Source: Vulcanimicrobiota bacterium (lineage in GTDB: Bacteria > Vulcanimicrobiota > Vulcanimicrobiia > Vulcanimicrobiales > Vulcanimicrobiaceae). From it: a DNA stretch of 64,000 nt. The position numbers and the translations under genes were made by a program. Location of the stretch: NCBI GenBank assembly GCA_963833095.1, contig CAWHWQ010000005.1, positions 160,001-224,000 of the forward strand, in the 5' to 3' direction. This document shows, in pieces, positions 31,636 to 41,539 of this stretch. The notes under the pieces are model-generated. The model did not search any database. It had not been told where the DNA came from and saw only the letters and a list, made by a program, of their open reading frames with translations. How positions within the stretch are numbered: position 1 is the first letter of the stretch; each line of letters starts with the position of its first letter.

Positions 31636-33472
31636 TCGCGTCTCGCTTCTCGGTCGCCAGCGCCATCAAAGGGAAGACGTGGCGATACAGATGATAGTTC
31701 AGGTAGAAATCGCGGGGAAACCCGGTCCCCGTGAAATGCGGTTCTTCCCAGGTTCCATCGTGGGTTTGAGTCTCCTTGATATAGGCAAGACCCCGCTGCG
31801 CCGGCGCATGGTCGCCTAGCCCTGCGATCTGCAGCGCGTTGACCGCCCAGGCAGTTTGCGAGGCCGTGCTCGCACCCACGCCGGCAAACGATTCGTCGAC
31901 GTACGAATGACAGCTTTCGCCCCAGCCGCCGTCCGCGTTTTGCTTCGAGATCAGCCAGGCAGCGGCACGTTCGATCATATCGCTTCCGGTGCGCAACGCC
32001 CCGAGCGCCGAGATCGCGCACCACGTCCCATAGATGAAGTTCACGCCCCAGCGGCCCCACCAGGATCCGTCGGCGCGCTGCGTCGTGCGCAGATATTTTA
32101 CGGCGCTTGCGACATCACCGTCGCGCGTGTCGCGTCCGAGGAACGCCAGCATCTCGCCGACGTGCGCCGTCACATCTTCAGTCGGCGGATCGATCAGCGC
32201 GCCGAAATCGGCAAACGGCATGCGATAGAGCAACTCACGTGTATTGTCGCGATCGAACGCGGCCCAGGCTCCGTTGCGCGAGCGCATCGCAAGCGTCCAC
32301 GCCGCGCCGCTCTCCACCGCTTCGCTCACCATATCGGGTTCGCCCGCATCGATGAGGGCGAGCACGACGATCGCAGTGTCGTCGATGTCGGGATACGCAT
32401 CGTTATCAAACTCGAAAGCCCAACCGTTGCCGCCGCGAAAATCGCTGCGCATGCGCCAATCGCCCGGAGCGTCCGCGGCGATCTGCTCGCGCAACAGCCA
32501 GCGCACCGCCCGTTGCATCGCCGGATGATCGTGTTTGAGCCCAGCGAGCGAAAGCGCGCGCAGCGCCCACGCGGTGTCCCAGACCGGCGACATGCATGCC
32601 TGCACGCGCCAGCCTTCGCGGTCGTTGATGATGAAGCGGTGAAAACCGCCAAGACCCTTGCGTACGATCGGATGATCGAGCCCGTACCCCATGAGGTCGA
32701 GTGCGATCAACGAATAGACCCACGGGGGTTGAATCCCACCCCAACTGCCATCGGCTTCTTGGCGCTGCACGATCCACTCGGTCACCTTGCGCATCGCCGC
32801 CGCGCGCAACCGATTTTTCGAAAAACGATCGTAGAACTTTAGTGCAGCGTCGAGCCACCACATCCAACCTGATCCCGGCACGTGGTGCATCGCCCGCTGC
32901 GTGCCGGGGTTGATCACTTCGTCAACCTCGACACCGAGTGGCCGGACAGGACGCTTGGAGACGACGATCGTCAGCGGCGCTACCGTTCCACGCGCCCAGC
33001 AGGCGAAATCGTACACGTTGAACGGCATCCACAGCGGAAAATAGATCATCTCCGGCGGCAGTGACGGGATGCCATCCCACGGATACACACCAAAGAGCGC
33101 GAGCCAAATCTTGGTGAACACGCGCGCTTGCGCGAGACCGCCCATGCGCCGGATCACGCGCAACGCGCGTTGCATCGGTTCGCGTCCGGCGTCGACTCCG
33201 AGGACTTTGAGCGCAACGTAGGCTTCGATCGTGGTGCTTACGTCGGCTGGGCCATCGTAGTAGAGTGCCCATGAGCCATCCTCGCGTTGGCAGCCCAACA
33301 TGTGCGCGATCGCCCCGTCGCGGATCGGCTCTACGTCAATGCCAAGGAAACGGTAGAGCAAGATTTGTTCCGCCGTCATCGTGACGTTGGTCTCGAGTTC
33401 GCCGCTCCACCAGCCCTCCGGCGCCTGTTGCGCAAGCAGCCAGTCGATGCCGCGTTCGAGCGCGTCAGCCAC
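31586..33472 (-). CDS. shc: Squalene-hopene cyclase
   Basis: YPDIDDTA (DxDD), QW repeats, SPVWDT, GTGFP. Confidence 0.96.
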   Translation of the reverse strand: MADALERGIDWLLAQQAPEGWWSGELETNVTMTAEQILLYRFLGIDVEPIRDGAIAHMLGCQREDGSWALYYDGPADVSTTIEAYVALKVLGVDAGREPMQRALRVIRRMGGLAQARVFTKIWLALFGVYPWDGIPSLPPEMIYFPLWMPFNVYDFACWARGTVAPLTIVVSKRPVRPLGVEVDEVINPGTQRAMHHVPGSGWMWWLDAALKFYDRFSKNRLRAAAMRKVTEWIVQRQEADGSWGGIQPPWVYSLIALDLMGYGLDHPIVRKGLGGFHRFIINDREGWRVQACMSPVWDTAWALRALSLAGLKHDHPAMQRAVRWLLREQIAADAPGDWRMRSDFRGGNGWAFEFDNDAYPDIDDTAIVVLALIDAGEPDMVSEAVESGAAWTLAMRSRNGAWAAFDRDNTRELLYRMPFADFGALIDPPTEDVTAHVGEMLAFLGRDTRDGDVASAVKYLRTTQRADGSWWGRWGVNFIYGTWCAISALGALRTGSDMIERAAAWLISKQNADGGWGESCHSYVDESFAGVGASTASQTAWAVNALQIAGLGDHAPAQRGLAYIKETQTHDGTWEEPHFTGTGFPRDFYLNYHLYRHVFPLMALATEKRDAIEFVTRETNSRKVHLR

Positions 33473-34754
33473 GGGGAACCTCCATAATTACCTCTGCGGC
33501 CGCGATTCCGCTACGCACCGCCGACTCCATCGTGTCGGGCCATCCGGTTTGCGTCCATGACCCTGCAATAGCCACGCGCGGATGCGCCGTGCGCTGCAGC
33601 GTTCGTTGCGCGCCGGGACGGGGCAAGTACGTTGCTTCGGGATTGCGCGTCGCCGCTGCGTGCTCGACGCGCCCGCCGCGTAATGCCGGAACGAATGCGC
33701 ACAATTCTTGCCAGGCAAGCCGTTCTAATTCGGTAGTCGGCACGGTGAGCACGGCGCCGGCGGCGCTGATGCTACAGCACACGTATCCTTCGTCTTTTTC
33801 GAAAATCCACTGAAGCGGCGAATCGAGCACCGCGGCAAAATCGAAGCCCAGCGCACCGCGATCGTGCCAAAGGTGAACGTCAACAATCGGATACGGATCG
33901 TAGGTGTCCAAGGCGCGAACACCAAAGCGCTCGGGCGAACCGAGCAGCCTTGCGGTCGTGCGTGGCGAGACCGCCAGTATCACTGCGTCAAAGTGCACGC
34001 GCAGCTCTTGTGGCAGCAGCAACTCGATCCCGTCGTCGCCGGCTTCCATCGCCAGGACCCCGGTCGAGAGATGCACCGCCGAAATGCGCGCGGCAGCCGC
34101 GGCAGCGACGTGCGCCAGCGGCACGGTTGAAAAGCCAAATCGCGCCGCAGACGCATTGCTAAGGAACGCCGTAGCGATCACGAAGAGCGCATCGGTCGCG
34201 CTCACGCGATCGAACGACGCGTTGAGAGCCGGAATAAAGAATGGATCCCAAAAGGCGCGCCGCGTCGCATCGTTCTGACCGTTACGCGCGAGCCACTGGT
34301 CGAAGGTGAGGTCGGCAGCGGGATGGCGCGCGACCGCCGCGCTTGCAAGAGCGCGCGCCACGCGAACGCGCCCTCCGGCGTCGAGGTGCGCGTAGCCCGC
34401 GAACGAGGCCAGCAGATGAAAGGGCGCGGGCAGTGACGCGGCCCGAAGCCGGCTACTGGTGCCGTCGCGCGCGAGCACCAGCGCATCGAAGCGTGGTTGT
34501 TCGCGCAGCGCATAGCCCATGCCGACGCGTTCGACGAACGCAATGAAGCGATCGCAACAGTGCAGGTACACGTGCTGGCCGTTGTCGATTTCCCGCCCAC
34601 CGACTTCAAATGACGTCGCGCGTCCTCCGAGCAGTCGCGTGCGCTCGAAGACTTCCACCTCATAGCCGCGCTCTTCGAGCTCGAGCGCAGCCGAAAGTCC
34701 GGCAAGGCCCGCACCGACGATCGCTACACGCTTTGGGCTCACAGCCCCAGCCAC
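33465..34754 (-). CDS. hpnE: Hydroxysqualene dehydroxylase
   Basis: GAGLAG, IDNGQH, WPDTMESAVRSG. Confidence 0.88.
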   Translation of the reverse strand: MAGAVSPKRVAIVGAGLAGLSAALELEERGYEVEVFERTRLLGGRATSFEVGGREIDNGQHVYLHCCDRFIAFVERVGMGYALREQPRFDALVLARDGTSSRLRAASLPAPFHLLASFAGYAHLDAGGRVRVARALASAAVARHPAADLTFDQWLARNGQNDATRRAFWDPFFIPALNASFDRVSATDALFVIATAFLSNASAARFGFSTVPLAHVAAAAAARISAVHLSTGVLAMEAGDDGIELLLPQELRVHFDAVILAVSPRTTARLLGSPERFGVRALDTYDPYPIVDVHLWHDRGALGFDFAAVLDSPLQWIFEKDEGYVCCSISAAGAVLTVPTTELERLAWQELCAFVPALRGGRVEHAAATRNPEATYLPRPGAQRTLQRTAHPRVAIAGSWTQTGWPDTMESAVRSGIAAAEVIMEVPRG

Positions 34755-35626
34755 GCCCGAACCATCGCCCCGATCTTCTCGGTGCCCGAGAGGCCGGCGC
34801 GGTCATGCAAGGGAAGCGCGGGATCGCGCTCGATCTTCTCGAGAATCCGCTCGTAGATTCCGGCCATCGTTCGCACGCATGCCGCCGGCCGCCGGTCAAT
34901 GTAGCGCAAGACCTCATAGCCACGCGCGAAATACTCCCGCGCGCGCTGCGCCTCGAAAGCGATCAGCGCATCCCATCCTTCTCGCCCTTCGAGGCTCGCG
35001 CTACGCGCGAGCTCCTCAGGATGACAGAGTGCGCCTTCCGCGATTCCGAACCGGCGCAAATCTTCTTGCGGCAAATAAATGCGCCCAAGCCCCATATCCT
35101 CGCGCACGTCGCGCAAGATGTTGGTCAGTTGCAGAGCGATGCCAAGGTCGTCGGCGCGTTTGAGCGCTTCTTCGTCCACAAAGCCAAAAATCCGAACGCA
35201 CATGCGCCCGACAACGGATGCAACCAGGTTGCAGTAGACCTGCAGCTCATCCCAAGTTTGGTAGCGAACTTTGCTTGCGTCCATCTCGACGCCGTCGATG
35301 AGCATCTGCAGCTCACGCTGCGGAATGGCGAAACGATTGACGGCCACGGCAAGCACCTGCATAACGGCGTCGTCGTCTGCGTACTCTCCGCGCGCGCACT
35401 TTGCGATACGCTCGCGGTGACGCAGCAGTCGACCCGGCAAGTCCGGCGCGTGCGCGACGGCATCCGCTTCGTCGTCGACTTGGCGCGCGAAATCGTAGAG
35501 CGCGTAGATCGCGTTACGCTGCTCCCGTGGTAGTGAGATGAACCCCCAGTAGAAGTTTTTTGCCTCGCGCCGCGCCATATCATGGCAGTATCGCTCGGCA
35601 TCGGCGAGGCTAAGTGCTACCGACAT
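34739..35626 (-). CDS. hpnD: Presqualene diphosphate synthase
   Basis: NFYWGF, ARQVDDEAD, QLTNILRDVRED, GRIYLP. Confidence 0.85.
   Translation of the reverse strand: MSVALSLADAERYCHDMARREAKNFYWGFISLPREQRNAIYALYDFARQVDDEADAVAHAPDLPGRLLRHRERIAKCARGEYADDDAVMQVLAVAVNRFAIPQRELQMLIDGVEMDASKVRYQTWDELQVYCNLVASVVGRMCVRIFGFVDEEALKRADDLGIALQLTNILRDVREDMGLGRIYLPQEDLRRFGIAEGALCHPEELARSASLEGREGWDALIAFEAQRAREYFARGYEVLRYIDRRPAACVRTMAGIYERILEKIERDPALPLHDRAGLSGTEKIGAMVRAWLGL
34985..35026 (-). repeat. REP-like palindromic element inside hpnD
   Basis: TGTCATCCTGAGGAG-CTCGCGC-GTA-GCGCGAG-CCTCGAAGGG, read as CHPEELARSASLEG. Confidence 0.72.
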
Positions 35627-36461
35627 ATCTCCCGCTTCTGCCGGCGCGTAGCGAACTGCCCAACGCGCGCATCAGGATCGCGATCCGGTCGCGCCCGCTC
35701 ACCGTTGGTCGTCGCACCTCGGTGTGGTAGTCAATCTCTTCGATGGCCTTGCAAATAGCAAGGCCGCCCATGCGATAGAGCCGGAGCTGCAAGGCGAGCG
35801 CGAACGGCACCATCGTTTCGAGCGCTCGACCTGAATCGAGCAAACGTCGCGCCCGCTCCACCAGTGCGCGAACCGCGCCGGACGTTCCCGATGCGGCAAC
35901 GTCCTCGCCGAGCAGATAACGCCGGCCGATGAGGGCGTCGCGTTTGACGTCTTGGGCGTGATTGGCCAGTTGCAGCCCGATGCACACGTCATCCGAGAGG
36001 GCCTGAGCGGCGGGACCGTTGACGCCGAAGATCGCCAGGACCATACGCCCGACCGGAGCGGCCGAAAGCCGGCAATAGGCCTCGAGTTGCGGCCAGGTTT
36101 GATACGCCGTGGCCTGCTGGTCGAGCCGGTTGGCCTCGATCAAATCGAAGAACGGTTCGGACGAAATCGCGGCGCGCGCGACCGTTTCACGTAACGCGAA
36201 GAGCACCGGATGCACCGGCGTCACGCCGGCAAACATCGCGCGCGCCTCAGTCTGCCAGCGGTCGAGTCGCTCTAGCGCCTCATCGGGCGAAGCGCTTTCG
36301 TCGCCTAAATCATCGGTCGTTCGGCAGAAAGCGTAGATGCGCGCCAGGTCTCGCCGCACGGCGGCACGCACCAGGCCCGAAGCGACGATAAAGTTCTCGT
36401 AATGGCGCCGCGTGAGCTCCCGGCAATATGCATCGGCTGCCGCGAGCGCTACGTCATTCAT
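35610..36461 (-). CDS. hpnC: Hydroxysqualene synthase
   Basis: HYENF, DDLGDE, SAAPVGR, LQLANHAQD. Confidence 0.87.
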   Translation of the reverse strand: MNDVALAAADAYCRELTRRHYENFIVASGLVRAAVRRDLARIYAFCRTTDDLGDESASPDEALERLDRWQTEARAMFAGVTPVHPVLFALRETVARAAISSEPFFDLIEANRLDQQATAYQTWPQLEAYCRLSAAPVGRMVLAIFGVNGPAAQALSDDVCIGLQLANHAQDVKRDALIGRRYLLGEDVAASGTSGAVRALVERARRLLDSGRALETMVPFALALQLRLYRMGGLAICKAIEEIDYHTEVRRPTVSGRDRIAILMRALGSSLRAGRSGRYVGST

Positions 36462-37513
36462 TGTTCGACCAGCATGTCGGTCAACTTCAACTCGTCGATC
36501 GAGCGCAGGCCTAGCGCGAACATCGCGACGCGCATAACTTCGATAATCTCGCGCGCGAGGTCATGCACTTCATCGAAGCCTTGCGCGGCCGCCCGCAAAA
36601 ATGGACCCGCGATACCGATCAAGTCCGCTCCGAGCGCGATCGCCTTGGTCGCATCGAGTCCCTCGCGAATGCCGCCGCTGGCAATAATGAGGCCTTCCGG
36701 CACCGCGGCGCGCGCCTCCCGAACGCATTCCGCCGTCGGAATTCCCCAAGCCGCGAACTGCGCGGCTACGCGAACGCGCCACGATTCATGCGTGCGATGA
36801 CGTTCGACTTCACTCCACGAGGTGCCGCCGGCCCCGGCGACATCGACGCCGGCGACGCCGCACTCGAAGAGCGCGCGAACGACGTCGGCGCTTAGGCCCC
36901 ACCCGACCTCCTTGACCAGTACCGGAACATCTAACCCGTCGCACAAGTCTGCGATACGTTCCATCAGCCCGCGAAAGTCGGTATCACCCTCGGCCTGCAG
37001 TGCTTCCTGAAGGGGATTCAAATGGAGCATCAGCCCGTCGGCGTTCACGAGCTTGATCAAGTGGCGTAATTGCGGGGCGCCGTATCCCTTGTTCAACTGG
37101 ACCGCGCCGAGGTTCGCAAAAAGCAACACGTCGGGCGCGACCGAGCGGACATCGAAGCTTTCGATGGTGCTTGGATCCTCGAGCAAGACGCGCCCCGAAC
37201 CTAGACCCATCGCGAAGCCGAATTCTTGGGCAATACGCGCCAACGTCCGATTGACGCCGGTCGCTTCGGGCGTTCCGCCGGTCATACAGGAGATCAAGAG
37301 CGGTGCGCGCAGCGTACGACCGAAATGCGTGACACTCAGATCAACGTCGGCAAGGGCGATTTCCGGCAGTGCGCAGTGCTGGAATCGGTAACGCTCGAAA
37401 CCCGGGCTAACGCCTTTTCCGCGAACGTCCTGCTCGAGATTGATCCGTAAGTGCTCAGCCTTTCTCGACGTGCTGCCGTCCCCCGATCGGCCGCGCTCAG
37501 TTCCCTGCTGCAA
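36458..37513 (-). CDS. fni: Type 2 isopentenyl-diphosphate isomerase
   Basis: RKAEHL, MTGG, HLNPLQE, KEVGWG, GAGGTSW. Confidence 0.93.
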   Translation of the reverse strand: MQQGTERGRSGDGSTSRKAEHLRINLEQDVRGKGVSPGFERYRFQHCALPEIALADVDLSVTHFGRTLRAPLLISCMTGGTPEATGVNRTLARIAQEFGFAMGLGSGRVLLEDPSTIESFDVRSVAPDVLLFANLGAVQLNKGYGAPQLRHLIKLVNADGLMLHLNPLQEALQAEGDTDFRGLMERIADLCDGLDVPVLVKEVGWGLSADVVRALFECGVAGVDVAGAGGTSWSEVERHRTHESWRVRVAAQFAAWGIPTAECVREARAAVPEGLIIASGGIREGLDATKAIALGADLIGIAGPFLRAAAQGFDEVHDLAREIIEVMRVAMFALGLRSIDELKLTDMLVEQ

Positions 37514-38264
37514 GCTCGTACGTGATCTCCTTGAATTCCGCTACATAGGCACGATCCAGCGATGAGGATTCAACGATGGACACGGCTTTCGCTGCATATC
37601 GCTTCGCCAAAGGGCTCGAAGCGCCCCGAGCCTGGCTTGCGAGTTGCATGATCGCGCCCAGAAGCCGCCCGGCCCGAGCCAGGACGTCCTCCAGTTGCGC
37701 AGAGGTGCCGGCCATAATCGCGCCGGCCCGCAAACTCAGCGCCAGCATTAGCGGCTGCGTCCCTGCATATGCGACGCGCATTCTCCGGCTCGTCCGCGCG
37801 AGCACGCTTGCGCTAATCAGCCGATTGCGCTGCTCGATTCCGTGGAGAACCGCTTGCGCAAGCACGAACCCCACATCGAGCACGCGATCGCCGTGCACCG
37901 CATCTTTTACGAGCAAGCCTAGCCCGAGCGCATGGAAAGCATCGCCCGCGTTTAAGGTCTGCGCAAGGCCCCATATCGACGAGGTCGTTTCGCGTTCGAA
38001 CGAAAGCGTCGGCGCCATCTGCAATTCGTCGTGAAGCACCGAAAACCGATGCAAACACTCGACTGATGCCGCGACGGGGACCGCCGTGCGCGAATCGCCG
38101 CCACAGGCATCGCATGCCCAAAGCACGAGACTCGCGCAGAGCGGGTCGGCGTACTCGAACGAGTGCCGCATGATGCGTTCGAAAACGGTGCTGAATTGCA
38201 CGTCCGCGTCCCGTAAATATTCTAGCGTACGCGCCTGCCGTTCGCGCAGAAGAGCTAATTCCAA
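37497..38264 (-). CDS. Degenerate polyprenyl synthetase-like protein
   Basis: AASVECLHRFSVLHD, LNAGDAF; DDxxD motifs absent. Confidence 0.6.
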   Translation of the reverse strand: MELALLRERQARTLEYLRDADVQFSTVFERIMRHSFEYADPLCASLVLWACDACGGDSRTAVPVAASVECLHRFSVLHDELQMAPTLSFERETTSSIWGLAQTLNAGDAFHALGLGLLVKDAVHGDRVLDVGFVLAQAVLHGIEQRNRLISASVLARTSRRMRVAYAGTQPLMLALSLRAGAIMAGTSAQLEDVLARAGRLLGAIMQLASQARGASSPLAKRYAAKAVSIVESSSLDRAYVAEFKEITYELAAGN

Positions 38265-38331
38265 AAGGGTGCCGTCTCCTATGTCCTCGCGAAGGAACGA
38301 TGCGTTCGCTAGTGTTATCTATAGCCCTCCA

Positions 38332-39144
38332 ATGACCAAGCAGCTGATCGTTTCTGCCGACGACTTCGGGTTATCGTTAGAAGTAAATGAGGCGGTTGAG
38401 CGCGCGCATCGCGACGGCGTCCTGCGGGCCGCAAGCCTGATGGTTGCGGCACCAGCCGCGCAGGATGCAATTCGGCGCGCTCGCGCGCTCCCATCGTTGC
38501 GCGTTGGGCTGCATGTGGTGCTCGTCAACGGGCGTCCGGCGCTTCCGCCGCAGCGGGTACGCGCGCTGGTCGACCGCGATGGAAATTTTCAGAGCGATCT
38601 CGTGGCGGCCGGGATGCGGTTCTTCTTTCATCCGGGAGCGCGGCGCGCACTCGAAGGCGAGATCCGCGCGCAATTCGACGCCTTCGCGGGCACCGGTCTA
38701 CGGCTCGATCACGTCAATGCGCAGAATCACATGCACGTGCATCCCACCGTTCTCGGCATCATCATCGACGTCGGACGCGACTACGGCATGCACGCCGTAC
38801 GCGTGCCGCGCGAACGGGGCGGCGCGCCCTATCTTAGCCCCTGGCTCGCGCTGATGCGCTATCGCTTGCGACGCGCGGGGATCACGACCAACGACGCCGT
38901 TTTGGGCATACGCGATTCCGGCCACATGACGCGCGAACGGGTCCTCGAGCTGCTCGACTCGCTCGCTCCGGGAGTTTCCGAAATGTACTTCCATCCGGCG
39001 ACCCGAGCGTGGGCGGGCATCGATCCGCAGATCGCGGACTATGATTTCGCCGGCGAACTCGCCGCACTTGTCAGTCCCGACGTGCGCGCGAAAATCGATG
39101 CGGTTGGCGCGGAGGCGGTGGCATATTCCGATCTGCGCGCGTGA
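38332..39144 (+). CDS. hpnK: Hopanoid biosynthesis-associated deacetylase (ChbG/YdjC family)
   Basis: LIVSADDFG, VGLH, HMHVHP, EMYFHP. Confidence 0.87.
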   Translation: MTKQLIVSADDFGLSLEVNEAVERAHRDGVLRAASLMVAAPAAQDAIRRARALPSLRVGLHVVLVNGRPALPPQRVRALVDRDGNFQSDLVAAGMRFFFHPGARRALEGEIRAQFDAFAGTGLRLDHVNAQNHMHVHPTVLGIIIDVGRDYGMHAVRVPRERGGAPYLSPWLALMRYRLRRAGITTNDAVLGIRDSGHMTRERVLELLDSLAPGVSEMYFHPATRAWAGIDPQIADYDFAGELAALVSPDVRAKIDAVGAEAVAYSDLRA

Positions 39145-40271
39145 TCGCGCTCACAGTCATCCGTTTAGTATTCGGGTTCATCACGTGCTTGGGGATCTGC
39201 TACAGCGCGGTTGCCGTCCTCGGCATGCTACGCTTTTTTTTGTCCCGTGCCGTGCATCTACCGCTTTCGTATCCTCCGGTCACGATCCTCAAGCCGATTC
39301 GCGGTCTCGAAACGGAGCTCTACGAGAATCTCTGCACGTTCTGCAATCAGGAGTATCCGCACTTTGAGGTGATCTTCGGCGTGCGCGATCGCAGCGACCC
39401 CGCCATTGCGGAGATCGAGCGCGTTATCGCGGCATTTCCAGACCGCGACTTGCGGCTCGTCGTCGAAGCGAAGCCGTATACCGGCAATCCGAAGGTCGCG
39501 AATCTCGCGAACATGCTGCCGCACGCAAACGGTGAGATCATCGTCATCGCCGACGCGGATATGCGCGTGGACCCGCGCTATCTTGCATCGATCGCCGCGG
39601 ACTTCGATGACCAGCGCACGGGCGCCGCAACCTGTCTTTATGCCGGCGAGCCGCGCGGCGGGCTTTCCTCGCTGCTCGCGGTGATGCAGATCAACGATCA
39701 ATTTGCGCCGTCCGTGCTCGTTGCGACGTTGTTGAGCGACCCGAAATTCTGCTTCGGCTCCACGATGGCCGTGCGGCGAACGGTGCTCGAAGAAATCGGC
39801 GGACTCGAAGCGCTCGCTGGAACGATCGCCGACGATTACATGCTCGGCGCCCTCGTCACCCAGGCGGGCCATCGCGTACGGCTTAGCCGCTACATCGTGC
39901 GCGACATCGTCACCGAGCCGAGCGTCGGCGCGATGCTGCGGCACGAATTACGTTGGGCACGAACGATCCGCGCAATGCGCCCGCTCGGTTACGCCGGCAC
40001 GATTCTGACCTTCCCATTGCCCTTCGCGCTCCTCACCACGCTCCTCGAACCGACGCAATCGTCCGCATGGATTGCCCTTGCCATAGCATTCGTACTACGT
40101 CTGAACGTGCACACGATGATGGCCGCACTCTTCGGTCTTCGCGGCCAAGCGAAACACTTTTGGCTGATCCCATTGCGCGATTGCTTCGGCCTTGCGGTAT
40201 GGGCAGCGGGTCTTTTCGGCACCAAGGTTCGCTGGAAAGAGCAAACCCTCGATACCCGCGAACTATTGTGA
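39141..40271 (+). CDS. hpnI: Bacteriohopanetetrol glucosamine glycosyltransferase (GT21-like)
   Basis: ILKPIRG, NPKVANL, DAD, ADDY, RWARTIR. Confidence 0.88.
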   Translation: MIALTVIRLVFGFITCLGICYSAVAVLGMLRFFLSRAVHLPLSYPPVTILKPIRGLETELYENLCTFCNQEYPHFEVIFGVRDRSDPAIAEIERVIAAFPDRDLRLVVEAKPYTGNPKVANLANMLPHANGEIIVIADADMRVDPRYLASIAADFDDQRTGAATCLYAGEPRGGLSSLLAVMQINDQFAPSVLVATLLSDPKFCFGSTMAVRRTVLEEIGGLEALAGTIADDYMLGALVTQAGHRVRLSRYIVRDIVTEPSVGAMLRHELRWARTIRAMRPLGYAGTILTFPLPFALLTTLLEPTQSSAWIALAIAFVLRLNVHTMMAALFGLRGQAKHFWLIPLRDCFGLAVWAAGLFGTKVRWKEQTLDTRELL

Positions 40272-40739
40272 GACGGCGGTGACTTCGGCTTGCGTCACGG
40301 CGCTTGCTTTATTGCCCCAGGCCGAGCGAACGTACGTGATGATCGACGCGATGTCGGCGTTGGAAAGTGATTGGCCCCAGGCCGGCATCATGCCGTTATA
40401 ATCGGTTCCCTTCACGCTGACTTTGCCGTTGAGTCCGTATTTGACGATGCGAATCACGACCGAAGGATCGGCGGTTACGGTGGCGTTGCCGGCCAACGGC
40501 GGGAACGTGCCCGCCACGCCTTGGCCGTTGGGCTGATGGCAGCTCGAGCAGTTTTGCGTGTACAACTTTCCGCCGTCGTTGGCGGCTGCGCCATTTTGGG
40601 CTACGGCGGCGGATGCCGTCGCCCCGGCGGCCTCGGAAGGGCTGCTCGTTGCCGCAGCGCTGCCTCCGCCCTTGGCACAGCCGGCCAATCCGCCGATCAG
40701 GAGCGCAAGCGCCGCACATGTCGTTCCAGTGCGTCTCAT
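40263..40739 (-). CDS. Lipoprotein monohaem cytochrome c
   Basis: LAGC lipobox, CSSCH, FPPLA, YNGMMP. Confidence 0.9.
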   Translation of the reverse strand: MRRTGTTCAALALLIGGLAGCAKGGGSAAATSSPSEAAGATASAAVAQNGAAANDGGKLYTQNCSSCHQPNGQGVAGTFPPLAGNATVTADPSVVIRIVKYGLNGKVSVKGTDYNGMMPAWGQSLSNADIASIITYVRSAWGNKASAVTQAEVTAVSQ

Positions 40740-41539
40740 GGGTGTTGCGTTAGCGCGACGAATTGCACACTCCTCGTTGCAATCAGCGCCTCCAAGGCGT
40801 CGAGCGAAGGGTGCTGCGGCCGCATCAAAACAACCGAGCGTCCTTCGCGCTGCGAGCGCCGGACTGCGCGAGCCAGCATGAAGCGAATATAGCCGCGCGC
40901 GCTTCGGTCGTCGACCGTTTCGTCCCGTTGCGCGATGGGAATGCCTGCCGCGCTGAACTCGACGGCATCCGCGTTACCCCGTTCGTCGAAGAACAGCAGC
41001 CCGGTTCCATCGAGCGATTGCACGAAACGCTCGCTCGAGCGCGACGCCACACCGTCGAAGTTGCCGAAACGCTTGCGCAACTGCGCGAGCTGCCATTGCG
41101 TCGGCGCGTTCTCGAGGTGAAGCAGTACCAGATCACCGGCCTCGTGAGCCAACTGCGCCACCATGGGGGCCTGCGCGGCCGAAGGATCGATGTCGAACGC
41201 GATCGGCACGTTCATCTGCACGAACGCCGCATCGACCGATGGCGTCGTGCCGCACAGGCCGACCACGACCGCCAGTTGCGGCGTGAGCCAATGTTCCGAA
41301 GCCAGCGCAGGACGATCGATGACCACGTCGTCCGTCGAAAAGAGATCGTCAACGCGCGAATCCGAGGGATCGTGCAGCACCGCGTGCGCGCTCGGCGCGA
41401 CGCGCGGCTGTACCTTGGCGCGCGGCGGCGGCGCGGTCGCGCGACCGCTCATGTACCCTCCGACGATCGCGGCGAGCGCTAGCGCGATAATCGCTAGCCA
41501 GAAGGCTTGGGAACGCACACGCGCGAGCTCATCGCCCAA
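40736..41539 (-). CDS. Divergent polysaccharide deacetylase (YibQ-like), degenerate
   Basis: N-terminal TM, VLLHL, LLFFD, RD..VDD in the family order. Confidence 0.6.
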   Translation of the reverse strand: MGDELARVRSQAFWLAIIALALAAIVGGYMSGRATAPPPRAKVQPRVAPSAHAVLHDPSDSRVDDLFSTDDVVIDRPALASEHWLTPQLAVVVGLCGTTPSVDAAFVQMNVPIAFDIDPSAAQAPMVAQLAHEAGDLVLLHLENAPTQWQLAQLRKRFGNFDGVASRSSERFVQSLDGTGLLFFDERGNADAVEFSAAGIPIAQRDETVDDRSARGYIRFMLARAVRRSQREGRSVVLMRPQHPSLDALEALIATRSVQFVALTQHP

